Of a stretch of DNA of 64,000 nt, positions 1-9,098 are shown piece by piece. The notes below the pieces were generated by a model. The model was not told the DNA's origin and made no database searches. It saw nothing but the letters and a program-made list of their open reading frames with translations. Location: NCBI GenBank assembly GCA_965218785.1, contig OZ244650.1:1888001-1952000 (forward strand). Reading direction: 5' to 3'. The DNA comes from Nitrosopumilus sp. GTDB lineage: Archaea; Thermoproteota; Nitrososphaeria; Nitrososphaerales; Nitrosopumilaceae. The number at the start of each line of letters is the position of its first letter. Position 1 is the stretch's first letter. The translations under genes and the position numbers were made by a program.

Positions 1-200
1 GAGAAGAGCATCTCAGCTTGCCTGTTAAAATTTTCCATCCCCTCCCTTGTCGTATCTATCCAGTGAAATGCAAACAGATCTAAATTTACAGCACCTGGAA
101 TGTGTTCCTCGGAATATTCCTTGAAGGAACGGGTGTCAATAATCAAGGTATTTGAATCGTCATCCAGGATTGAATTCAGATCAGTTGTAGAAATCAGCAT
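1..200 (-). CDS. Rhodanese/sulfurtransferase, N-terminal part (runs off window)
   Basis: Hand-translated from ATG at 200: MLISTTDLNSILDDDSNTLIIDTRSFKEYSEEHIPGAVNL; contains the rhodanese motif D-x-R...Y...HIPGA. Confidence 0.8.
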   Translation of the reverse strand, partial: MLISTTDLNSILDDDSNTLIIDTRSFKEYSEEHIPGAVNLDLFAFHWIDTTREGMENFNRQAEMLF

Positions 201-240
201 GGTTTTTGTAAATTGATCAAATCTAAATTGGTTTGTATTG

Positions 241-263
241 AAAAATAAAAAGAAAAGAAAGGG
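241..263 (-). terminator. Oligo-T archaeal terminator downstream of amt
   Basis: Minus-strand CCCCTTTCTTTTCTTTTTATTTTT just after the amt stop at 276. Confidence 0.5.
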
Positions 264-275
264 GTGTGTGTTTTT

Positions 276-1886
276 CTATTCGTTAACGTATGCTCTTTCG
301 CCATGCTGAGCCAAATCAATGCCAATCTCCTCTTCTTTAGGAGTGACTCTGATTCCGCCAGGCCATACGGCATCCATTACCTTGAAGATTATAATGGTAA
401 CACCAAAGGCATAGCCTACAGTTATGCCGGCTGCCATGATGTTGATTGCCTGCTGTTCCATTCCTTCTGCAGTACCAGTCCATGCACCAATACCGTCTCC
501 GGTATCCCAAATGTGCGGACTAGCTAGTGTACCAGTCAAAATTGCACCGGTCAAACCGCCTATTCCGTGTATTCCCCATACATCTAAGGCGTCATCCCAT
601 TTGCGTGCACTCTTGAAGGCGATTGCTGCATAACAAACTGTACCAGCTGCAATACCAATTATAATCGACGCCATTGGACCTACCCAGCCTGAAGCTGGAG
701 TAATTGCTACCAATCCCGCTACTGCACCTGATGCGGCTCCTACTACACTTGGCTTTCCTGTATGTGCCCATGACATCAAGACCCAAGTTATAACAGCCAT
801 ACCGGTTGCGGTATTTGTAACAGTCCATGCGCTGACGGTAATGCCGTCTACCATTGCTTCACTTCCTGCGTTGAAACCAAACCATCCGAACCAGAGTATT
901 GAAGCTCCGAGAACTACAAATGGAATGTTGTGTGGTTCCATTGGCACTTTGCCGTATCCAAGTCTTCTGCCAAGGACTAGGGCTCCTGCCAATGCAGCGA
1001 ATCCTGAAGAAATGTGTACTACAGTACCACCAGCAAAGTCTAATGCGAAGGTCGGAGATAGATCTGGATCAATGTCGAGTCCACCTCCTCCTATTGGTCC
1101 GCCTCCCCAGACCCAATGTGCTATTGGATCATAAACGAGGGTTCCCCATAGAAGTACGAATATGACTATTGCGCTGAATTTGATTCTGTCAATCAGACCA
1201 CCAATGATTAGTGCTGGTGTAATGATTGCGAAAGTTGCTTGGAACATTGCAAACAGTTGGTGAGGTATAGTACCCGGCCAACCTTGGCTGCAAAGTTTAC
1301 CATCATCCATAGCACTCATCTGATAAGCTGCAGACCATGTATCGCTACATGCGCCGGCTTCACCTAATGGTGCGTACGGTGATACCATGTTAAATCCGAC
1401 ATAATCGAGATTTCCCATGAATTGGTTTGCATCAGAATCAACGCCACCAAATGCCAGTGAGTATCCCCATAGGACCCATTGTACTGACATTAGACCCATT
1501 ACCATTAGGGTCATGCCAAGTACATTGACAACATTCTTTGATCTGGCTAATCCGCCATAAAAGAATGCAACGCCAGGAGTCATGAAGAGTACCAGTGATG
1601 TTGCAGTCAGCATCCATGCTGTATCGCCCTGATTTATAGGGCAAGGCAATATTGTGCCTTGATCCAGCATGACGCCGCCGTCTGCATCAGTGATGATGTT
1701 ACCATCATCATCAACAGAGTACCAGCATTCGTTAGGATTTCCAGTGTAAATTCCACTGGTTCCTTTGACATATCCATCCATACCATCTTCAACACTTTGT
1801 GCAAATGCCTGAGACATTGCACCAGTTGCTGTAATGGATACTGCGACCACAAGTAATAGAGCATACTTATGGTTCCTAGAATTCAT
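276..1886 (-). CDS. amt: Ammonium transporter (Amt family) with signal peptide and N-terminal extracellular extension
   Basis: DTAWML...FMTPG, FYGGL, DFAGGTVVH, WFGWFGFNAGS, DDALDVWGIHG motifs. Confidence 0.97.
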   Translation of the reverse strand: MNSRNHKYALLLVVAVSITATGAMSQAFAQSVEDGMDGYVKGTSGIYTGNPNECWYSVDDDGNIITDADGGVMLDQGTILPCPINQGDTAWMLTATSLVLFMTPGVAFFYGGLARSKNVVNVLGMTLMVMGLMSVQWVLWGYSLAFGGVDSDANQFMGNLDYVGFNMVSPYAPLGEAGACSDTWSAAYQMSAMDDGKLCSQGWPGTIPHQLFAMFQATFAIITPALIIGGLIDRIKFSAIVIFVLLWGTLVYDPIAHWVWGGGPIGGGGLDIDPDLSPTFALDFAGGTVVHISSGFAALAGALVLGRRLGYGKVPMEPHNIPFVVLGASILWFGWFGFNAGSEAMVDGITVSAWTVTNTATGMAVITWVLMSWAHTGKPSVVGAASGAVAGLVAITPASGWVGPMASIIIGIAAGTVCYAAIAFKSARKWDDALDVWGIHGIGGLTGAILTGTLASPHIWDTGDGIGAWTGTAEGMEQQAINIMAAGITVGYAFGVTIIIFKVMDAVWPGGIRVTPKEEEIGIDLAQHGERAYVNE

Positions 1887-2001
1887 TAAATTAATCGAAT
1901 TTGGAACTTATTTAAGGGTATGAGATACTAAAATTTGGAAAAAAGTAAATTGTTATATTTTAGTATATTCTGATATTAACATAGAATATGAAAATAAAGT
2001 C

Positions 2002-2685
2002 ATGGAGAATCCAATGAAAGTGAGGGAGGCCAACAGATTAGCAATTTTTGATACGTTCAAGACCAAGGGCGATCATCTGACAGGAGAAGCAGTCAGGCAG
2101 CGGGCAATTATTACCATACTTGCCAGTAATGCCAATCCTGCAGAAAGAACCAGGACTGGGATCTCTCAAAGAATGGCAAAAAAACAGGGAACGACTTGGA
2201 AGAACATCTATTCAGGCATATTCCGCGATATGGACAAAATTTTACTTCCCATGGAGATCGCAGAGGAGAAGGGAAGATTGCCCCTAAAAAGAGGTCCAAA
2301 AGCTCTTCAAGAAAAAGGAATTCCATACTATAATCTAACCAAGAAGGGTGTTCTGATCGCATTATCAATTAGCGAGGATAAAAACAGGGAAAAATTATTT
2401 AACGAATTTTTCTCAGAGTCTGACCCTGTTGAAAAAGAGTTTGAAAAGATTCTCTCCAGTCTTTTAAAGAAATGTCCCAACTTTACACATTTAATTTTTC
2501 AAAAATATGTCAAGGCTTTTTGTGATCAAAAAATCAAGGATCTTCTTCCTTTTGAACTCTCAAAATTCAGCGAGTTTTCTGACGATTCATTTGGGATTCA
2601 AAAGGAGGTTTTAGAGGCATTTTTAGAACTATCAAGGCAGGAAAAAGAGGGCGTCATAAAAGTCCTCAATAAAATAACCGGATAA
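2002..2685 (+). CDS. Conserved thaumarchaeal protein, probable winged-helix DNA-binding protein
   Basis: 227-aa ORF divergent from amt; helix-turn-helix-like segment followed by the wing motif YYNLTKKG. Confidence 0.6.
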   Translation: MENPMKVREANRLAIFDTFKTKGDHLTGEAVRQRAIITILASNANPAERTRTGISQRMAKKQGTTWKNIYSGIFRDMDKILLPMEIAEEKGRLPLKRGPKALQEKGIPYYNLTKKGVLIALSISEDKNREKLFNEFFSESDPVEKEFEKILSSLLKKCPNFTHLIFQKYVKAFCDQKIKDLLPFELSKFSEFSDDSFGIQKEVLEAFLELSRQEKEGVIKVLNKITG

Positions 2686-2737
2686 ACGCAGGATAACGCC
2701 AAACATTAAAATCAGTTATTCATTGAGAACAGTCAAA

Positions 2738-3772
2738 ATGGGTGGATCTAAAAACGTCTATGCATCTGTAAAGTCATACAGCAAAAGAGGAAAACTACTA
2801 AAAAAAGCAGATTTTCAAACTTTGGCAGAATCAAGGGATCTAGATGAATTAATGACTAGAATCAAAAATACCGTTTATGGGGATGCAGTATCAGATGTGG
2901 AAAAACCCTACACGTCCCACGGCATTGAATCTGCCCTCAGAAGCTCCCTGGCAGACGTTCATTACAGCATAGGCAAAACCGCAGGTGGTGGAATCATGGA
3001 TGCATATTATTTGAAATTCATCATCTCCAACCTGAAACAGATTCTAAAAGGAAAGGTTTTAGAAAAATCCCAAAAAGAGATTGAATCCCACATTAATCTT
3101 CATGCCGAGGAGCTAATCAAACAAAGGGATGTGGTTCTCAAGGCACTTGTTGCAAAAGATCTAGAAGAGGCAGTGGCAAATTTGAGCCAGACAGAGTTTG
3201 GAGAAGAGATTGCCAAGGCCGCGGCTTTGTATGCAGACAAGAAGAATCTTCAGATCTTTGATACGTATTTTGATAAAATCTTGTATTCACGTCTTGTAAA
3301 GGCATTAAAATCAGGAGATATTGATGCAGGCAAGTTAGTTGGAATGGATATTGATTTTTACAATATTCTTAGTGTGATTAGGGGAAAATTCTGGGGATTA
3401 GATGAGCAGCAAATTCAGGATTTGATCGTGATCCAGTCCCCGGCTGCAAAGGATCTGCTAGGAAGAATGATGTCGGCAGCAACAATAAGGGATGCGTTCA
3501 ACGAGCTTTCCAATACCAAATACAGGGGTTTGGTTCCACCCCAGGTTGAAAATGAATTGGATGCCATAGCAGAGTTTGAGCGGGCTTTTGAAATAGCGAT
3601 TTATCAGGCATCACTGAACTCTTTTACAAAAATGTTCAGTTTGGCAACAACGGTAGGAATTACAAAACTAACTGCATACGAGGTAAGAAATCTCGCAGCA
3701 ATCGCCTATGCAGTCGAACAGAAAATACCAACAGAAACTACAATGTCAAAATTGATTTTAGAGACAGAATAA
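2738..3772 (+). CDS. atpC: A/V-type ATP synthase subunit C (V0D/AC39 family)
   Basis: N-terminal YASVKSYSKRGKLL, internal DIDFYNILSVIRGK, C-terminal YEVRNLAAIA, all typical of AhaC. Confidence 0.9.
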   Translation: MGGSKNVYASVKSYSKRGKLLKKADFQTLAESRDLDELMTRIKNTVYGDAVSDVEKPYTSHGIESALRSSLADVHYSIGKTAGGGIMDAYYLKFIISNLKQILKGKVLEKSQKEIESHINLHAEELIKQRDVVLKALVAKDLEEAVANLSQTEFGEEIAKAAALYADKKNLQIFDTYFDKILYSRLVKALKSGDIDAGKLVGMDIDFYNILSVIRGKFWGLDEQQIQDLIVIQSPAAKDLLGRMMSAATIRDAFNELSNTKYRGLVPPQVENELDAIAEFERAFEIAIYQASLNSFTKMFSLATTVGITKLTAYEVRNLAAIAYAVEQKIPTETTMSKLILETE

Positions 3773-3782
3773 CTGATAAAAC

Positions 3783-4013
3783 ATGGATAAAACTCCGCCA
3801 GAAAAAACTAAAGCGCCAATTAACGTTCTGACAAATTGGGTCAGTATTTGTATGGCACTGATTTTTGCTCTGCCGTCACTTGGGGTATTTTTGGGGATTT
3901 ACTATGGAACCGGAGATCTGCTCGTCGGGGCGGTCCTGGGATTTGGAATTCATTTTCTCATGCTTGCATTTTCAGGCAGGATTTCAAGGCGTCTGGACAG
4001 AATCATGAATTAA
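3783..4013 (+). CDS. Small two-TM membrane protein
   Basis: 76 aa with two hydrophobic helices, 10 nt after atpC. Confidence 0.7.
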   Translation: MDKTPPEKTKAPINVLTNWVSICMALIFALPSLGVFLGIYYGTGDLLVGAVLGFGIHFLMLAFSGRISRRLDRIMN

Positions 4014-4045
4014 CCTATATTGATCTAGTTGTGAGATGATTTACC

Positions 4046-4684
4046 ATGATGGGCGATAGGGATTTTCGAAGTATTATTAAAAATTCAATTGACTCCCTAG
4101 GAAGGGAATTGGAAGTTGAGATAGATTCCAAGGATGTTCAGACCATTCATCTCAAAGAGGTGACCCAGTGTCTAAGACGCTCATATTTTGACAGGGTGGA
4201 TCCCACCGAAATTGAGAGGAGGGGATTTAATGATCTTCTCTCAGGACTGCTAAGAAAGTTACAGTATGGAAGCGAACCAAAAGAGTTTGCAATTGAAGAC
4301 ATCAAGCTGAGGGGACATGCAGACATGATAGTCGATGATTACATCATCTTATTTAGATCAACGTCTGATAAATTGGAAAATCCCCTGGCCAATGATATTC
4401 TATATCTGAATGCGTGTATGTGGATATATGGAAAAATCGATGGAATGATCGTGTACATCACAGGAGATAGAAATGAAACAAGTTTTTCATTGACACGTGA
4501 CAAAAAGATGTTCGAAGAGCTTATCAGAAGGATCAGGGTACTAAATGATCTTCTCAAGGAAAAGAAAACACCCATCTTAGAGCCGTCATCAGAATGCTCT
4601 GATTGTCAGTATTATGAAAGATGTTTTGTAAAGAGGAAAAATACCAAGCAGGTGTTTCTATCAAAAATATTCGATATGGAATAA
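4046..4684 (+). CDS. cas4: Solo Cas4-like protein (Fe-S cluster), nuclease motif degenerate
   Basis: QCLRRSYF near N-terminus and ECSDCQYYERC at C-terminus give four Cys; LRGHAD motif II. Confidence 0.75.
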   Translation: MMGDRDFRSIIKNSIDSLGRELEVEIDSKDVQTIHLKEVTQCLRRSYFDRVDPTEIERRGFNDLLSGLLRKLQYGSEPKEFAIEDIKLRGHADMIVDDYIILFRSTSDKLENPLANDILYLNACMWIYGKIDGMIVYITGDRNETSFSLTRDKKMFEELIRRIRVLNDLLKEKKTPILEPSSECSDCQYYERCFVKRKNTKQVFLSKIFDME

Positions 4685-4727
4685 AGATTAGAAAAATGAA
4701 AAATATGAAAGGGGATTATTCCTTTGT

Positions 4728-4838
4728 TTATTCGAGTGGTTCGGGATGTCCCTTACCACGAAGAGCGAAACACACTACTGCTAGTGCAATTGCGACTCCT
4801 GCTGCTGCGCCAAATGCGGCCATACCTGCTTCTGCCAT
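4728..4838 (-). CDS. 36-aa single-TM microprotein (not in ORF track)
   Basis: MAEAGMAAFGAAAGVAIALAVVCFALRGKGHPEPLE; TTATAAAA box ~25-30 nt upstream, T-rich tract downstream. Confidence 0.7.
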   Translation of the reverse strand: MAEAGMAAFGAAAGVAIALAVVCFALRGKGHPEPLE

Positions 4839-4934
4839 TTGATAAAAATCCTCTTTACGGGCTTTTATAACTTTGTCAATATTTTTCTTCTGAAAATAAA
4901 TTATCACAATTTTGAAATTTTATGATACTATAAT

Positions 4935-5492
4935 CTATCTGAAAAACTCAAAGTGAAGGATATTTTCCTGACCGCTAGTCATGGAACTTAGATTGTAAAA
5001 TACGTCACCAGAGACACTCCAGGATGCGGTATTGTCTGTAAGATCGTCCCATAATTGGGGAGTATTTCCAGAGTTTTTCAGTGAAATGACGTCCTTTAGT
5101 ACGATGGAATTATTACCAAGCAGGGTAAAGTAGTTTGAACCAAATTCCACCATTCCCGTAGGCCTGCTTCCAATCTGACCGCCTGAGATTTGCTCGGATT
5201 TGGAATAATTTGTCTCAAACAACTGATAATCCATTGTTTGGACGATTACTGCACCGGGATTGGGATTGCTGATCTTAAATGCAATGTTAATCGTGGCTGC
5301 CCGTTCTGAAATTCTTGCAACCAAGATATCATCCAATTCAACTTTGAGGGGTTTGGCCTTGATGATGCCTGGAGCATCAGAGGATTCGTATTGTGATGGT
5401 ATGATTACCGAGGGACCAGTTAGAAGAATTCCACCCAATATGGCCACAAGTGCAACAGTTGCGATACCAATGAAGATTTTAGGATTCAACAT
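4935..5492 (-). CDS. Membrane-anchored LEA_2-like protein
   Basis: N-terminal TM; FKISNPN...V..MDYQL motif. Confidence 0.7.
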   Translation of the reverse strand: MLNPKIFIGIATVALVAILGGILLTGPSVIIPSQYESSDAPGIIKAKPLKVELDDILVARISERAATINIAFKISNPNPGAVIVQTMDYQLFETNYSKSEQISGGQIGSRPTGMVEFGSNYFTLLGNNSIVLKDVISLKNSGNTPQLWDDLTDNTASWSVSGDVFYNLSSMTSGQENILHFEFFR

Positions 5493-5559
5493 ATTTGTTC
5501 AATCATTAGATGTCTTAAATGTTGAGATAGTTATTATATCATCAGAGATAGAAAAGATC

Positions 5560-5916
5560 ATGCAATATTTTCAGGCAGTACAAGAAGGAAAACGAAGGGC
5601 AGGCAAATCACAGATGAAGATGTTTGAAGCGGCCGGATTTGGAATGCTGACTTTGACTACCAAAAAAGTCGATGGGGAATTTCAACCAATCGGAGAGGAG
5701 GAATTTACTGCTGTAATAAATTCTCCTGACGGACATGTGGTGATAATTACTGATAAGGACGGATTTACAAAAGCCCAGTCAAAGGCAGTAAAAAAAGAAG
5801 ATGCAATGTCAATTTTTAAAAAACTCAGAGAGTCAGGAATTGCCGAATATTCAGGAAAAGAGATTCAGATTTGGTCTGAGACAAGACCCACAATTCAGGA
5901 TAAAATTTCCGAGTAG
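5560..5916 (+). CDS. Conserved hypothetical protein
   Basis: ATG at 5560 after TTATAT box (MQYFQAVQEGK...); the upstream extension in the track overlaps the opposite gene. Confidence 0.7.
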   Translation: MQYFQAVQEGKRRAGKSQMKMFEAAGFGMLTLTTKKVDGEFQPIGEEEFTAVINSPDGHVVIITDKDGFTKAQSKAVKKEDAMSIFKKLRESGIAEYSGKEIQIWSETRPTIQDKISE

Positions 5917-6597
5917 TTACTTTGGAAGAATGATTTCAGTACCTACATTGCCGCCTCTAATGGCCTTTTCAATGATTTTTGGAGTGGCCTTTAAAATTCT
6001 GGTTTTGATTTTAGAGCGTTCAATGATTTTCAGAGCAACAATGTCCATCAAGTCATATCCTCCTGCAACAGAATCCTCATGAACCAGCATGTTTTTCAGG
6101 TTTTTTAATTCGATTCGTTTGAATTTTTTTGCGTTTTTGAATTTGTTAGGATCCATGTCATAAACCCCGTCAACATCAGTGGCGTTAAGAAACTGTTCGG
6201 CTTGCACCTTTTCGGCAATCAATGCAGCTGTACCATTCGTACTTTGACCAGGATGCAGGCCCCCGGTTACGACGATTAATCCATCATCTACTGCATGTCT
6301 GACCTCTTGTAAGGTGGATGGTGGATGTGAGTATGCCCTGTTCTTCAAGGCATAGATCAATAATTTTGCGTTGAGTCTGGAGATTTCAATTCCAAGTTCG
6401 TCAAGTGTGGACTCGTCTGCACCAGAAGATCTCGCATGGGAGATGTAATGCCGCGCAATAGTGCCGCCTCCGGCAACAACAATTGGCTGGCAAATTTTGC
6501 TGATTTTTACTAGGAATTGGGCATAATCCTTGAGAGATTTCACATTATCAGTACCAAAAATTCTTCCAGATAATTTGATGACAATTCGTTTTTTCAT
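5917..6597 (-). CDS. pyrH: UMP kinase
   Basis: [27 protein letters not shown]. Confidence 0.95.
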   Translation of the reverse strand: MKKRIVIKLSGRIFGTDNVKSLKDYAQFLVKISKICQPIVVAGGGTIARHYISHARSSGADESTLDELGIEISRLNAKLLIYALKNRAYSHPPSTLQEVRHAVDDGLIVVTGGLHPGQSTNGTAALIAEKVQAEQFLNATDVDGVYDMDPNKFKNAKKFKRIELKNLKNMLVHEDSVAGGYDLMDIVALKIIERSKIKTRILKATPKIIEKAIRGGNVGTEIILPK

Positions 6598-7829
6598 TTT
6601 AGATTACCAATAACTGATTTTACGGCAATTTCAACTTTTTTTCTGTTCTTTTGATGGGTATAAACCCTAAGAATATTCATGAATCCAGAGATTGCAGAGA
6701 CTAGGGGTATTTCAGATATTGGCATCTTGCGTGCCGAGGATCGTCCATTATCATGTGTAATCAAAATTATTGATTTTGATTCATTTTTGGAGGGTGTAAG
6801 GGAGATGGAGGATGTAACAGAACTGTCAACGAAAATTTCATTTTCATCGACTCTGGATTTTTTAGAAATGGCAGTTCTGAGTTCTTCAGTGCGGGTTTTT
6901 TTCAGATTGGTCCTGCCAGTCAGGATTCGCTCATATACGCATTTTAGCAGTCTTCTGTTCTGATAATCCAGGACAAATTCTCTGGCACGTTTTAGTTTCG
7001 GGGATGTAGATGAGGAGAGCCTTGATAAAATGGATTCATCAGTGAGTTTTACAAATTCGTCGATATTAAAAGTGGTAAAACCAAATTCATCATCAGAGAG
7101 TCTTAATGCCTCAAGCAACATGACTTCTGCTGCCCTTACAGTTTTGTGGAAATATACTGCCTTGAACATCTGGTATCTGGAATGCATCATGGATTCAAAA
7201 GAGTACAGTGCAGAGCGCTCCAAGGCTAATCGTTTCTGATGTACGTCAAATGATTGCGTGATTCTTTTGTGGTCGATTTTTGCATGTTCTGCTCCCGTGA
7301 AATACCCGTCTCGAAGCAGATAATCCATCATATCCGCACTCAGCGCACCGGATATTATCTCATTCATGTATGGTAGTTTGGAATCCCCAAAGGCGATTTT
7401 TGTAACGAATTTTTTATCAAAACCGTTTTTTGACAGGCTGTCACCAATTTCAGATTTTAAAACAAGTTCCCGGCCAAAATCCTCATGTGAAATTTTTTTT
7501 CCGCGTATTATTTCCTCAAAAAGATGTGAGAATGGTCCGTGACCGATATCATGCAGGAGACCGGCCAATCTGAGAATTTCAATCTCGTCTGATTTGATGA
7601 TGCCTTTTTCATTTAATGCATGGCCTGCAAGACTGGCAATATGCATGACCCCCAACGAATGCTCAAATCTTGTGTGCTGAGCCGCAGGATATGTCAGATG
7701 GGCGCCGGAGAGTTGTCGGATCCTCCTTAATCTTTGAAAGATGGGACTGTCAATTATTGATAATTCATGTCTGTAGACCCGGATAAAATCATGAATTGGA
7801 TCAATTATATCTAGATAATTTTTTTTCAT
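6594..7829 (-). CDS. HD-domain phosphohydrolase (dNTP triphosphohydrolase-like)
   Basis: [44 protein letters not shown]. Confidence 0.9.
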   Translation of the reverse strand: MKKNYLDIIDPIHDFIRVYRHELSIIDSPIFQRLRRIRQLSGAHLTYPAAQHTRFEHSLGVMHIASLAGHALNEKGIIKSDEIEILRLAGLLHDIGHGPFSHLFEEIIRGKKISHEDFGRELVLKSEIGDSLSKNGFDKKFVTKIAFGDSKLPYMNEIISGALSADMMDYLLRDGYFTGAEHAKIDHKRITQSFDVHQKRLALERSALYSFESMMHSRYQMFKAVYFHKTVRAAEVMLLEALRLSDDEFGFTTFNIDEFVKLTDESILSRLSSSTSPKLKRAREFVLDYQNRRLLKCVYERILTGRTNLKKTRTEELRTAISKKSRVDENEIFVDSSVTSSISLTPSKNESKSIILITHDNGRSSARKMPISEIPLVSAISGFMNILRVYTHQKNRKKVEIAVKSVIGNLK

Positions 7830-8407
7830 ATCCCTATCTTCTTTGAGAATGTTTTTAAAATTTCTTCGTGTATCTCCTGTTTGGATTTTGAGGCATCAAT
7901 TATCTTCCAATGTTTTTTTGTGGCAGTTCTTTTGTATAATTTGGAGATGTTTCTTAAAAATTCCTTATTTTTTTCAAATTTGTCCCTGTGGGTTTTCTGC
8001 CTGCGGAATGATTCCTTTTGTGTGACATCAAGCAGGATTACAAGATCGGCCTTTGGCAGACCGACATCAAGATTTTCAAGCCATTTTTGATTCATGCCGT
8101 TTGCCAGACCGTAAACAAGATTAGAGTGATAGTAACGGTTCATGATAAGAACAGAGTTTTTCTCCTGTGCAGATAAAATTTCATCACGTTTTTCCCATCT
8201 ATTTGCCGCCAAAAGACAGTGAATTACCTGTGGGGGAAATTTTCTTTTGCCGTCCAGATACTGCCTAATCTCTTTTCCTACGGGAGTTTTGTAATCAGGA
8301 AAATGGAATGATTTTGTCTTTATCTTTCTTTTTTTGAGCGCCTTTTCCAGTAGCGTTGACTGCGTCAACTTGCCTGCCTGATCTCCGCCCTCTATTACGA
8401 TTATCAT
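7826..8407 (-). CDS. tmk: Thymidylate kinase
   Basis: IVIEGGDQAGK, ANRWE, RYYHSNLVY. Confidence 0.93.
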   Translation of the reverse strand: MIIVIEGGDQAGKLTQSTLLEKALKKRKIKTKSFHFPDYKTPVGKEIRQYLDGKRKFPPQVIHCLLAANRWEKRDEILSAQEKNSVLIMNRYYHSNLVYGLANGMNQKWLENLDVGLPKADLVILLDVTQKESFRRQKTHRDKFEKNKEFLRNISKLYKRTATKKHWKIIDASKSKQEIHEEILKTFSKKIGI

Positions 8408-8501
8408 GTCATAAAAACAGAGGGAGTAATTGATTAAAAATCTATCAAGTTGGGCTTTGCTATGTTGGTATCATCAAATAATGGATAAATTGGATAATTA
8501 T

Positions 8502-8611
8502 GCGAATTTGCCGCCCGATCTAAAAGCAGGGAATCCCCCAGCCAATCCATGTGGCGTGTTTTACCGCATGCTGCCAGATCCGCCGTGAGGTGAGGGTCGT
8601 GTCAAGACACA
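8502..8611. ncRNA. Putative structured non-coding RNA/regulatory element
   Basis: GC-rich patch in an AT-rich intergenic region, with several potential stems; family not recognised. Confidence 0.3.
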
Positions 8612-8716
8612 ATCAGAATTTCTGTACAAATCGAAAATCACAAAAACAACTCCAATGACGTAAACACGCATCTAAATCCACCAAGGTTTATAACCAAAAA
8701 TTGAGTAAATAACAAA

Positions 8717-9097
8717 ATGGGACTAGTCAAGGATGTAATCAAGGAGATTGGAAACAAATCAAGAGAGTTCTACGAGTTTGTCCTGCCGCCAATTGACATG
8801 TACCTAAATGACGATGAGCTCAGGGTCGTAATTGATATCCCCGGATTTATCAAAAAAGATATCGAGCTTGCCTTATGTGGAGACATCCTTTCAATCAAGG
8901 CCCAAAAAACAGTACCTGAAAAAGAATCAGAATCGTTAATTTCAAATCAGAGACCCAACGTAATTGATAAAAAAATCAGGCTTCCCATCGATGTAAAACA
9001 GGGGGAGGAGAAAATAAAATCTGCAAAGTATGAAGACGGTATTCTTACATTAATTATTCCTGTAACAAAAAAAGGAAAGAATATCGCAATAGAATGA
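8717..9097 (+). CDS. Small heat-shock protein (Hsp20/alpha-crystallin)
   Basis: PPIDMY, DIPG, AKYEDGILTLIIP; TTTATAA box upstream. Confidence 0.93.
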   Translation: MGLVKDVIKEIGNKSREFYEFVLPPIDMYLNDDELRVVIDIPGFIKKDIELALCGDILSIKAQKTVPEKESESLISNQRPNVIDKKIRLPIDVKQGEEKIKSAKYEDGILTLIIPVTKKGKNIAIE

Positions 9098-9098
9098 T

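Noticed and set aside
4046-4934. CRISPR-Cas locus around cas4
   Set aside because: No repeat-spacer array or other cas genes were seen anywhere in the window.
5260-5559. N-terminal extension of the 5260-5916 ORF
   Set aside because: It overlaps the opposite-strand LEA-like gene; the ATG at 5560 follows a TATA-like box.
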